From Pseudomonadota bacterium (GTDB lineage: Bacteria > Myxococcota_A > Polyangia > Fen-1088), in the NCBI GenBank assembly GCA_031407985.1, contig JANOJB010000130.1, forward strand, positions 9,045 to 73,044: a stretch of DNA of 64,000 bases, given 5' to 3'. The position numbers and the translations under genes were made by a program. Below are positions 49,304 to 57,498 of this stretch, one piece after another. The number at the start of each line of letters is the position of its first letter. Position 1 is the stretch's first letter. The notes under the pieces were generated by a model that saw only the letters and a program-made list of their open reading frames with translations, did no database searches and was not told where the DNA came from.

Positions 49304-49332
49304 ACCCTAGCCAGCCGATAGGCTTGTGTCAA
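49304..49332 (-). promoter_or_regulatory. Candidate sigma70-type promoter of the rpsP operon
   Basis: Minus strand: TTGACA (49332-49327), 17-nt spacer, TAGGGT (49309-49304), then a ~33-nt leader with an AAGGA RBS. Confidence 0.4.
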
Positions 49333-49557
49333 GGCGTCCAGCTCGACTGGTTTTTTGCCGGCTCGGTCTGTATGGCCCTTTGTTGGCCGTCATTGACATC
49401 GACGACATCGACAGGAAACAACGCGCTGGGCGCCAGCTTGGCCCTATCGGCGCGTCGGCCTGGCGCGCGCCACCAGTGCCAGGGCCTTTTAGGCACATTC
49501 CGAGCGGTGTGAAAATGGGGAATTGGCGGGCCCGGGTTTCGGTTGCCATAGTCGAGC

Positions 49558-51285
49558 GTGATGGGTTCAGACCGCCGGCGACGAAACGTGGGTCCCGCAT
49601 GCATCGCGGCGGTAGCGGCGATGACGTTGGGGATCTTTCCGGCCATGGGTACGTCTTCACCCGGACCTATACCGACCGAACGACGATTGACGCTCTTCTA
49701 TACTGCGGAGGTCCATGGAGCAGTGGAGCCCTGTGGCTGTACGAGTGATCCCCTAGGAGACGTGTCACGCCTGGCCGCCTTGATCACGGATGCACGCAAA
49801 GGCGGTGGGGGGGTCGCGCTAGTCGACGCGGGTGGATTGCTGTACCCGGAGGGCAGCATTTCCCGAAGGGAACGGGCTTCAGCTGACCTTCGCGCGGAAT
49901 TTCTGGCCGCGCAGTTTCAACGAATAGGCTTGTTGGGGGCGGCGCTGGGTGAGACGGATGTCGCCGCGGGCCCGGGGCACATTCGGCCACCTCGATTGGT
50001 CTCGAACCTAACCGGCGCACCGGCGATGATTGCGCCGGCCCGCGTGGAAAAGGTTGGTGGCATCGCGCTCGGGCTGCTGGGCGTGTCCGAGGCGACCGTC
50101 GCGGCCGCCATCAACGCGACGGCTCTGGACATGACCGAAGCGACCCGGCGGGACGTAGCGAGTCTACGGGCCGCGGGTGCCGAGTTCGTCGTGCTGCTGG
50201 CGGCAGTGGACAAACCCATCGCGCGAAAACTGGCGCGTGACGTAGGCGCTGACGTGGTTGTGCTCGGCAAACGCGTCGGCGCCGGCATGGCGCGCATGGA
50301 AAAGATTGGGACCACGTTTTTGGTGGCGCCAGCCGACGAAATGCAACGGGTCGGACGCTTGGAGCTTGTCTTACGCGCGGCACCACGTGCTGGTGGCACG
50401 CTGGATTTGAAGGACGGCGGTGGCCCCGAAGCCGCCGGGCTGAGGCGTGACGAGATCAACCGGGCACTTGAGCGCCTGCGGGTGGGCCTGAAGAAATGGA
50501 CCAGTCCGCCACGCGCGGCTGGAACCCAAGCGACAAAAGACGACGCAACCGATGGTGCGTTCGTCGCCTCGAAGAAACGTGAAGTGGACGAACTGGAGGC
50601 CGAACTGAGGCGCCTTCAGGCACCCTGGACTCCGCCCGCCACGGGAAACTACGCGACGAACGCGCTTGTACCCCTGCGCCGAAGCCTGCGGCAGGATCGC
50701 ATGGTGGTCGCCGCGATGAAGAAGTTGGATCAACGCATCGCCGCGGTAAATCTGAAACAGGCCACGCCTCCCGCACCACCGGAGGCGGGACGGCCTTTCT
50801 ACGTCGGGACCAGCAAATGCGCTGGCTGCCACGATTCTTCGGTCGCGTTCTGGAAGAAGACTGGTCATGCGCACGCCTGGAAGACCCTGGTCGTTGGGGG
50901 CAAACAGGCTGACTACAAGTGTATCGGTTGCCACGTCACCGGATTCGGGCAGGTCGGCGGCGGGACGTTGGGCTTCACTAAGAAGCTGGAATCGGTTCAG
51001 TGCGAGACCTGTCATGGACCCGGATCGGTTCACGTTGCCGCGGAAGGCAATGAAGAACCGCTGGCCATCAAACGTGATACCCCCGAAACCGTCTGCCTCG
51101 AATGCCACACCGAACAGCATTCGGACACGTTCCGGTTCGAGGCGTACCTGCGCGACATCGTGGGGCCCGGCCATGGCAACAAACGCAGGGAGAACCTGGG
51201 ACCAGGCCCCACGGGACACGAGTTGCGCTCAGCAGCGCTGTTGAAGGCCAAGCTGATGGGAGCCGCGCAGCCTAAGACGATGTGA
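49558..51285 (+). CDS. Secreted tetraheme c-type cytochrome fused to a degenerate 5'-nucleotidase/metallophosphoesterase-like N-domain
   Basis: Four CxxCH motifs in the last ~130 aa (CAGCH, CIGCH, CETCH, CLECH). The N-terminal region aligns by eye to calcineurin-like phosphoesterases (LFYTAEVHG, LVDAGGLLYPEG, ALGETD) but with the metal ligands substituted. Confidence 0.8.
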   Translation: MMGSDRRRRNVGPACIAAVAAMTLGIFPAMGTSSPGPIPTERRLTLFYTAEVHGAVEPCGCTSDPLGDVSRLAALITDARKGGGGVALVDAGGLLYPEGSISRRERASADLRAEFLAAQFQRIGLLGAALGETDVAAGPGHIRPPRLVSNLTGAPAMIAPARVEKVGGIALGLLGVSEATVAAAINATALDMTEATRRDVASLRAAGAEFVVLLAAVDKPIARKLARDVGADVVVLGKRVGAGMARMEKIGTTFLVAPADEMQRVGRLELVLRAAPRAGGTLDLKDGGGPEAAGLRRDEINRALERLRVGLKKWTSPPRAAGTQATKDDATDGAFVASKKREVDELEAELRRLQAPWTPPATGNYATNALVPLRRSLRQDRMVVAAMKKLDQRIAAVNLKQATPPAPPEAGRPFYVGTSKCAGCHDSSVAFWKKTGHAHAWKTLVVGGKQADYKCIGCHVTGFGQVGGGTLGFTKKLESVQCETCHGPGSVHVAAEGNEEPLAIKRDTPETVCLECHTEQHSDTFRFEAYLRDIVGPGHGNKRRENLGPGPTGHELRSAALLKAKLMGAAQPKTM

Positions 51286-52273
51286 CCGTACCGGCGAGCA
51301 ACTGGTCGACAAGATCGGGTTCGATGTTGCCACCTGAAATCAGGACCACCACGCGCTTGCCGCGAACGGCGTCGGGATCTTCAAGCAGCGCGGCGAGCGC
51401 GGGGGCGGCGGACGCCTCACACAGGATTCCGAGGCTGCGGTACGCGTACACCATCGCACGTCGAATCGCGATCTCGCTGACCAGCATCACCTCCGGAAAG
51501 TAATCGCGCGCCATCGCGAAGGTACGCTCACTGACGGCTCCCTCAAGGCCTTCGGCCAAAGTCAGACCCCCCTGATACGTCGTATAGGCCCGACCCTCGT
51601 CGAGGGAGCGCCGCATGGCGCAGTTGACCTCGGGAGAGACCCCTAGGATTTGAATACCCCGGGGAACGACTTCGACTCCCATTCCACCGGCCAGGCCGCC
51701 GCCCCCCACGGGTACCACCATCAGTTCAACATCGGGAAGCTGCGCCAGCATTTCGCGAGCCAGTACCCCTCCATTGCCCGCGATGACGTAGTCGTCGTCG
51801 AATGCCGATACGAAAACCAAGCCCGGATCGTCGGCGGCGCGCCTGCGGGCCTCCGCCTCCGCCTGGTCATAGGTGGCGCCGGCCACCTCGACGACGGCAC
51901 CCAAGGCGGCGATTCCGACCCGCTTCTGTTGGGGGGCCTGCTCGGATACCAAGATCGTGGCGTCAATCTGAAAGGATTGGGCCGCAAGCGCCACACCTAG
52001 CCCGTGATTGCCGGCGGACGCGGCGATCACCCGGGGCCGACCCGGCCCAGGCGCGTCCCGCGCCACGGCGGCCAGTCTCGCGGCCGCGCCGCGCAGCTTG
52101 AACGATCCCGTCCTTTGAAGGGATTCCAGTTTCAGCCACACGTCTGCACCGGTGCGCCGTCCCAGGGCGGGTGCCGGCACCAGCGGCGTGACGCGCGTCA
52201 GTCGGCGAACCCGGTCGGCGATCTCGCCACCGGTCACCTCGCGCCAGACATCCGCGTCGAAGAGCCTTTCCAA
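51272..52273 (-). CDS. PLP-dependent threonine/serine dehydratase family enzyme
   Basis: PLP-lysine motif ESLQRTGSFKLRGA and Gly-rich loop VPVGGGGLAGG. The start is uncertain: TTG at 52273 or GTG at 52237. The tracked ORF to 52531 would overlap the divergent nadA. Its 3' end overlaps the cytochrome gene by 14 nt. Confidence 0.8.
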   Translation of the reverse strand: MERLFDADVWREVTGGEIADRVRRLTRVTPLVPAPALGRRTGADVWLKLESLQRTGSFKLRGAAARLAAVARDAPGPGRPRVIAASAGNHGLGVALAAQSFQIDATILVSEQAPQQKRVGIAALGAVVEVAGATYDQAEAEARRRAADDPGLVFVSAFDDDYVIAGNGGVLAREMLAQLPDVELMVVPVGGGGLAGGMGVEVVPRGIQILGVSPEVNCAMRRSLDEGRAYTTYQGGLTLAEGLEGAVSERTFAMARDYFPEVMLVSEIAIRRAMVYAYRSLGILCEASAAPALAALLEDPDAVRGKRVVVLISGGNIEPDLVDQLLAGTVTSS

Positions 52274-52413
52274 GTGGGCAACCGTATCAGAAGTCCTCGG
52301 GAGATCATCCGAAGCGTGTCGGTTTGGCCGACGCCTTTTCCAGGCTGTCTCATGGACGGTCTCGGGAAGGGCGGTCGCGTGACGGAGACGCGGCGGCGCG
52401 CTAAACGATACCA

Positions 52414-53499
52414 ATGGCGTTCGTTTCCCTCGATCGGATGGTGCAAGGCGGTGCCGTCGCGGAAACCAGTCGAGCGCGCGTCGCGTGGTTGTCCGACGAG
52501 ATCCGGCGTCTGAAGAAGGAGAAGAACGCATTCATCCCCGCACACAACTACCAGGTGCCCGAAGTGCAAGCGATCGCCGACACCGTGGGCGATTCATTCG
52601 AGCTGGCGGTCAAGTCGCGAGAGATAGAGGCGCGTTTGGTGATTTTCTGTGGCGTCCGCTTCATGGCCGAGGGTTGCGCGACGCTGGCCCCCGAGCGCCC
52701 GGTGTACCTGCCCAATCTGCAAGCGCTCTGCTCGTTGGCGGAGGTCGACGCCGACGAGTTGGTCGAACGGCAGGAGTTTCTTCGTTCGCTCGGGCGAACC
52801 TTTTCGACGATGACCTACGTCAACACGTACGCCGACGTGAAGGCATTGTCGGACGCCTGCTGCACAAGCTCGAACGCGGCCCGGATCGCCGCCGGGCTGG
52901 GGAGCCCCGACATCCTGTTCGTACCGGACCAGAATCTGGCCTATCAGGTTGCGATCAAGACCGGGCGCATGTACCTACCCCCACCGGAAGCGAATCGCTT
53001 TTCGCCGAAGGAGTACCTGGAACGAATCCAGCCCCTGATTCGAGAGGGAGAGCGCCAGGGACTGGTCGGGAACGTTTTTGCCTGGGAGGGTGCCTGCCAC
53101 GTCCACCACCAAATGACGTTGGAGGACATCGTTCGTATCCGTGCCCAGGATCCCGACGCTGTCGTGATCGTCCACGGTGAGGTCAGACCCGAGTTGCAGC
53201 GGGCCGCGGATGAGGTTTTGTCCACGTCCCAGATGGTCAAATATGTCGAGTCGCACCCTGAAAAACAGCGTCTCGCGATCCTGACCGAGTGTGGCCTAGT
53301 CGTCCGGATGGAACTGGAGCATCCCGAAAAGCAGTTCTACAAGCCGTGCCGGTTGTGCCAGTACATGAAGGCGATCGATCTCGAGAACGTCTACGAGACC
53401 CTGCGTGACGAGCCGCCCGAGCGGAGAATCACGGTACCCGAGGACGTTCGCGTCGGCGCGGCACGGGCCATGGAAAAGATGATCGAGCTGGCCCGATAG
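52414..53499 (+). CDS. nadA: Quinolinate synthase NadA
   Basis: EIRRLKKEKNAFIPAHNYQVPEVQAIADTVGDSFELA, with conserved Cys positions (C in FMAEGC, CTSSNA, CHVHH). Confidence 0.92.
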   Translation: MAFVSLDRMVQGGAVAETSRARVAWLSDEIRRLKKEKNAFIPAHNYQVPEVQAIADTVGDSFELAVKSREIEARLVIFCGVRFMAEGCATLAPERPVYLPNLQALCSLAEVDADELVERQEFLRSLGRTFSTMTYVNTYADVKALSDACCTSSNAARIAAGLGSPDILFVPDQNLAYQVAIKTGRMYLPPPEANRFSPKEYLERIQPLIREGERQGLVGNVFAWEGACHVHHQMTLEDIVRIRAQDPDAVVIVHGEVRPELQRAADEVLSTSQMVKYVESHPEKQRLAILTECGLVVRMELEHPEKQFYKPCRLCQYMKAIDLENVYETLRDEPPERRITVPEDVRVGAARAMEKMIELAR

Positions 53500-53531
53500 T
53501 CGAGCTCACCCAGTGAGCGGCGACGCCCGGA

Positions 53532-54884
53532 TCAGCCCACAATCGTCGCCGCGAGATCGTATTCGGCGGAATGGGTGACGCGCGCGCGAACGATTGAGCC
53601 GGTGGGCGGCGCCGGCGCATCGGCCGCGTCGGCCGCGAAGCTCAAGTAGACTTGGCCATCGATTTCGGGGGCTTGACCCTCGTGGCGGCCCATCAGCAGA
53701 TACTCGGACTCATCCGAAGGGCCCTCGACCAGCACCTCTAATTCGCGCCCCCGCAGGGCGTGCAGCTTTTTCTTGGAGACCTGGCGCTGGATGCGCAACA
53801 ACTCACGGCGCCGCGCCTCGACCTCTTTCGGCGGCACACGTCCAGGCAACAACGCCGCGACGGTCCCTTCTTCCTGCGAATAGTTGAAGACGCCAACCCG
53901 ATCGAGGGCGGATTCCCGAACAAAATCACAGAGGCGACGAAACGCGGCGTCTGTCTCGCCGGGATGGCCGACGATGAACGTCGTTCGCAGGGTCACGCCC
54001 GGAATGCGCGCCCGGACCCGGTCCACCAGATCGCGCACGACCCGTTCGCCGTAACCCCGGCGCATTTTCTTCAGCACCTCGGTGTCGACGTGTTGAACGG
54101 GGACATCCAGATATTTCGCGACGCGCGGGTTCGTCGCGATCACGTCCAGCAGTTCGTCGGTACAGACGCTGGGATAGGCATAGTGCAGTCGCAACCACCT
54201 GATCCCATCGATCTGAGCGATGTCCCGCAGCAATGACGCCAGCGTCGGGTTTCCGGTGGCCCCAGGTTCCAGATCCGTGCCGTAGGTGGTGAGATCCTGC
54301 GCGACCAGGCACACCTCTTTCGTACCCGCGGCCGCCATGGCTTCGATTTCACGCCGGACCGATTCCGGCGCGCGGCTGCGCTGCGGTCCACGCAGTTTGG
54401 GAATGATGCAGAACGCGCAGGGACGGTCACAGCCCTCGGCGATCTTCACATAGGCGGTTTGACGCGCCATCGACGGTAGGCGGGGCGCCAGGTCGTCGTA
54501 AAGGAATCGCGGGGTCTCCAGCACCCTGACGCGCTCGGTCCGCCCCGCAATGGCGTCGGTGATCAGACCCACCTCGTCGGTACCCAGAAAGTGATCGACC
54601 TCGGGCATGTCCGTCGACAGTTCCTGGGGATAGCGCTGGGACAAACAGCCCGTCACGACCAGCCGGCGGCAACTGCCCGCCTCCTTGTGACGAGCCATCT
54701 CCAATATGGCGTCGATCGATTCCTGCTTCGCCTCACCGATAAAACCGCAGGTGTTGACGACTATTACCTCGGCGTCCTCTGGTGATTCGACAATGTGATG
54801 GCCGGCACCCGTCGTGTGGCCGAGCATGACCTCGGTGTCGACGCGATTCTTCGGACATCCGAGAGAGACGAAATGAACGTTCAT
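53532..54884 (-). CDS. rimO: Ribosomal protein S12 methylthiotransferase RimO (radical SAM MTTase)
   Basis: Start MNVHFVSLGCPKNRVDTEVMLG at 54884. Radical-SAM CDRPCAFC motif and a C-terminal TRAM domain. The upstream 76 codons of the tracked ORF are rejected. Confidence 0.9.
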   Translation of the reverse strand: MNVHFVSLGCPKNRVDTEVMLGHTTGAGHHIVESPEDAEVIVVNTCGFIGEAKQESIDAILEMARHKEAGSCRRLVVTGCLSQRYPQELSTDMPEVDHFLGTDEVGLITDAIAGRTERVRVLETPRFLYDDLAPRLPSMARQTAYVKIAEGCDRPCAFCIIPKLRGPQRSRAPESVRREIEAMAAAGTKEVCLVAQDLTTYGTDLEPGATGNPTLASLLRDIAQIDGIRWLRLHYAYPSVCTDELLDVIATNPRVAKYLDVPVQHVDTEVLKKMRRGYGERVVRDLVDRVRARIPGVTLRTTFIVGHPGETDAAFRRLCDFVRESALDRVGVFNYSQEEGTVAALLPGRVPPKEVEARRRELLRIQRQVSKKKLHALRGRELEVLVEGPSDESEYLLMGRHEGQAPEIDGQVYLSFAADAADAPAPPTGSIVRARVTHSAEYDLAATIVG

Positions 54885-55008
54885 ATGGGAAAGGGCGAGA
54901 AACGGACGGGTTGGGAAGCCGGCCAGTCTAGCGCATCGGGGGTCGCCGTCGAGGATCGCTTTAAGGACGCGTTGCGCCGCCCCGCGGCTCGACTGCCGGG
55001 AGGGAACC

Positions 55009-56082
55009 TCAAGGGAAGAACAAGACGTTCTTCTCGCCGTGTTGCCGCACAAGATTGGCGACGTAGCGCTGAACGAATTCCCGGCGCGCAACCACCGCGC
55101 GGATCTCCGCATCGGTCAAGATCTCGGTCCCATCGGGCTCACGAAGCAGACGCCGCAGCGTCGGAATGTCCACGCGGCCGAGCGCCTGGTGAATACCGCG
55201 CGAAAACCTCTGCGCCTTGAACAACACCTGCCGATTCTTCTCGAAACCTTCGGGATCCAGGAAGAACGACATCGTGTTGTCCATGAAGAACAAACGGCTG
55301 CCGTCGCCGGACACTTTCATATTCCCGCCCGAATAGCGGTCCGGGTTCGCGATCAAGAAATCGAACACGACCAGCGCCGCCACCTGCGCCGCGAATGAGC
55401 GGTGCTGGAAGGGAATCGGACGTCCCTGGCCCAGCCAGTCGGTCATCTGCCCGTGCCCGTCCGGCGTATCGAATGGGGAGTCTTTGATCACGGGAATCCA
55501 GTAGGACGCCTCGCCCGAGATCATGCCATTGGGGCCCACGATGGTTTCGGCGCGAATGCGGGGTACTGATCCCAACGAATCGGGGTGCAGCAAGGCAAAG
55601 ACGTCGTCTCGCGGCACTGCGCGCATCGCCGCGGGCGGTACTGCGTTCAGTCCCAGCAACCGGTTGAGACGATAGGCGGCCACCTCCTTGCGCGGAATGG
55701 TCTGCGTGTTGGTCTGGGCGGGCTTCCATGCGGCGCGCGAACCATCGGCGAAATCCGCGCGAAAGGACAACGAGGATCCACCCCGGTTCAGTTTCAGCCG
55801 CGATATCGGTTGCGTGCGAAGGCGGTCGAGAAGCAGATCGTCCGACATCCCCAGAAACGTGCCGGACGACTCAATCGCAACCTCAGGCGCCGCCTCCGGC
55901 GAGAGATCGTCGCGCGCCTGCAACGATGTCCGCGGTCCACCAACCCTTGCAGGACCAAGCGCTGGAGCGGCCGACAGCGCGGCGCGTATCTCGGTCACGG
56001 CCCGCGCCCCGACCAGACCGCCTCCGCCAAGCAGAACCGACGCAACGGCGCCCTCCAACAGCAAACACCCCGCGAGGCGCAT
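55009..56082 (-). CDS. Secreted Fam20/Four-jointed-like protein kinase homolog
   Basis: ATG at 56082 and a hydrophobic N-terminus (MRLAGCLLLEGAVASVLLGGGG). Kinase-like motifs AAWKP, RKEVAAYRLNRLLGLNAVPP, VVFDFLIANPDRYSGGN and LFFMDNTMSF line up with remembered Fam20C motifs [42 protein letters not shown] and IIHLDNGRGF. Confidence 0.6.
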   Translation of the reverse strand: MRLAGCLLLEGAVASVLLGGGGLVGARAVTEIRAALSAAPALGPARVGGPRTSLQARDDLSPEAAPEVAIESSGTFLGMSDDLLLDRLRTQPISRLKLNRGGSSLSFRADFADGSRAAWKPAQTNTQTIPRKEVAAYRLNRLLGLNAVPPAAMRAVPRDDVFALLHPDSLGSVPRIRAETIVGPNGMISGEASYWIPVIKDSPFDTPDGHGQMTDWLGQGRPIPFQHRSFAAQVAALVVFDFLIANPDRYSGGNMKVSGDGSRLFFMDNTMSFFLDPEGFEKNRQVLFKAQRFSRGIHQALGRVDIPTLRRLLREPDGTEILTDAEIRAVVARREFVQRYVANLVRQHGEKNVLFFP

Positions 56083-56198
56083 GGAAAAATTGTAGCGTGA
56101 CCGCGCCCAGAACTGGCTGCGAAATCGCCCGGGGGAGGTTACCGTATGCACCGTCCGGGCATCCGGACGTCCCCACACGCGAGCTTCCAGGAGCGCCG

Positions 56199-56402
56199 AT
56201 GACCACCCCACCCGCCTTCGTCTGTTCGATGTGCCGCAAGCCGATCGCCGTCGGTACAAAGGTGATCCGCTGTTCCGTCAGCACCTGCAACAACGGCCGG
56301 GTGAAGTTGGTGTTCTGCTCGGCAGGATGTTGGGACAGTCACCTACCGACCGCGCGCCACCGCAGCGCGTATTTCACCGAGGAATTCGCGCGGCGCGACT
56401 AG
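56199..56402 (+). CDS. Small Cys-rich zinc-ribbon-like protein (67 aa)
   Basis: ATG at 56199 with AGGAG 6 nt upstream. CSMC...C(x5)C...CSAGC..H pattern. Divergent from the kinase-like gene with a 116-nt spacer. Confidence 0.45.
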   Translation: MTTPPAFVCSMCRKPIAVGTKVIRCSVSTCNNGRVKLVFCSAGCWDSHLPTARHRSAYFTEEFARRD

Positions 56403-56412
56403 GGCTGCCCGC

Positions 56413-57489
56413 CTACCGAGCCCGGGCCGCCTGGATCGCTTCCACCAGTGTGTTCTTGCTGGTGATACCGATTAAAACCCGTGCAACCGTTCCGTCCTTG
56501 CCGACAATGACCAATGTCGGAAGGACCCGGATTCGATAGCGTTCATTCACGATTCCGTCATCGTAGACGACTGGGTACGGAGCTCCGTGCTCCGCCAGAA
56601 AGGCGGTGACCTCCCGTGGTGATGTTTGCGGACCGTCCGAGTCGACACCGACGAACGTGACACCCTGAGCCTCAAACTCTCGCGAAAGGGCGTGCATCAT
56701 CGGCAACGACGCCAAACACGGCGGGCACCACGTCGCCCAGAAATCCAGCACCACGACTCGACCCCGCAACGACGAAAGCGACAACGTTCCCTCCTGTCCG
56801 TCCACGCGCGGGAGGGTGAAGTCGGGCGCAGGGGCACCACGCGTGACCGGACCCAGCGCGCCAGGATTGCGGAGGGTCCAAAGCGCGCTACCCGTCAGGG
56901 CCAGCAGCAGGACGCCGATTGCTGCCCACCCCGCCGCCCGGGATCTCAGCCGCTGCGTGGGCGTCGGCCCCTGCCCGCGTGGCGATGGTCGTCGCCGGGC
57001 CGTTCGAATCGCCAAAGCCACCAGGATCAACGTCCAGGCGCCCGCCACGCCGTACGAACCCTGGACTGCGCGAATCGATGGTTCGTGTCCAACGACGATC
57101 AGACCTGCGCGAAAGACCGCGCGAGCGACCAGGAACGGAATCGCTGCTCCGCAACCCAATTCCAGGTCAACACTGGGATCGCGTTTCGATCCCGCCAACA
57201 CCACGATCGCCAGCGCCGCCCCCAGCGCAACCGGTATGGCTTGGGTTAGCTCGCCGACCAGGACCGAGACAACGCGCAGGCCACCACCCGCCTCGAATCC
57301 AACCACCGCGTCAGCCAGATCCATGAACCGCAACCCGACCGCCGCGCCCAGACACCAGATCACAAGAACATTGAACCCACCGCGTTCAGCAACAGCGATC
57401 TCGCCCAAGGCCCTGTCGGGGGCGGTGAGCAGATCGCCCAGCACCCGAGGAAAACGGCGCAGACTCGACACAAGATCGCCTTCAGCCAC
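56413..57489 (-). CDS. Yip1-like multi-TM domain fused to a periplasmic TlpA/ResA-type thioredoxin domain
   Basis: About 5 TM helices in the first 200 aa, then VVVLDFWATWCPPCLASLP (WCxxC) and a redoxin fold (VTFVGVDSD..., RIRVLPTLVIVGKDG). Confidence 0.8.
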   Translation of the reverse strand: MAEGDLVSSLRRFPRVLGDLLTAPDRALGEIAVAERGGFNVLVIWCLGAAVGLRFMDLADAVVGFEAGGGLRVVSVLVGELTQAIPVALGAALAIVVLAGSKRDPSVDLELGCGAAIPFLVARAVFRAGLIVVGHEPSIRAVQGSYGVAGAWTLILVALAIRTARRRPSPRGQGPTPTQRLRSRAAGWAAIGVLLLALTGSALWTLRNPGALGPVTRGAPAPDFTLPRVDGQEGTLSLSSLRGRVVVLDFWATWCPPCLASLPMMHALSREFEAQGVTFVGVDSDGPQTSPREVTAFLAEHGAPYPVVYDDGIVNERYRIRVLPTLVIVGKDGTVARVLIGITSKNTLVEAIQAARAR

Positions 57490-57498
57490 GACGGGGAT

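Noticed and set aside
52274-52531. N-terminal extension of the PLP dehydratase ORF, and similar extensions at 54885-55112 (rimO), 56083-56259 (kinase-like), 59229-59390 (coaX), 59105-59260 (DUF2254-like) and 4763-4966 (lipoprotein)
   Set aside because: The extensions are Arg/Ser-rich and overlap neighbouring genes or divergent promoters. The canonical family N-termini or signal peptides begin at internal starts that have RBS-like sequences.
53504-53518. GCTCAC-cca-GTGAGC hairpin between the convergent nadA and rimO, considered as a bidirectional terminator
   Set aside because: It has only a 6-bp stem with a 3-nt loop and no flanking T/A tracts, which is too weak to call.
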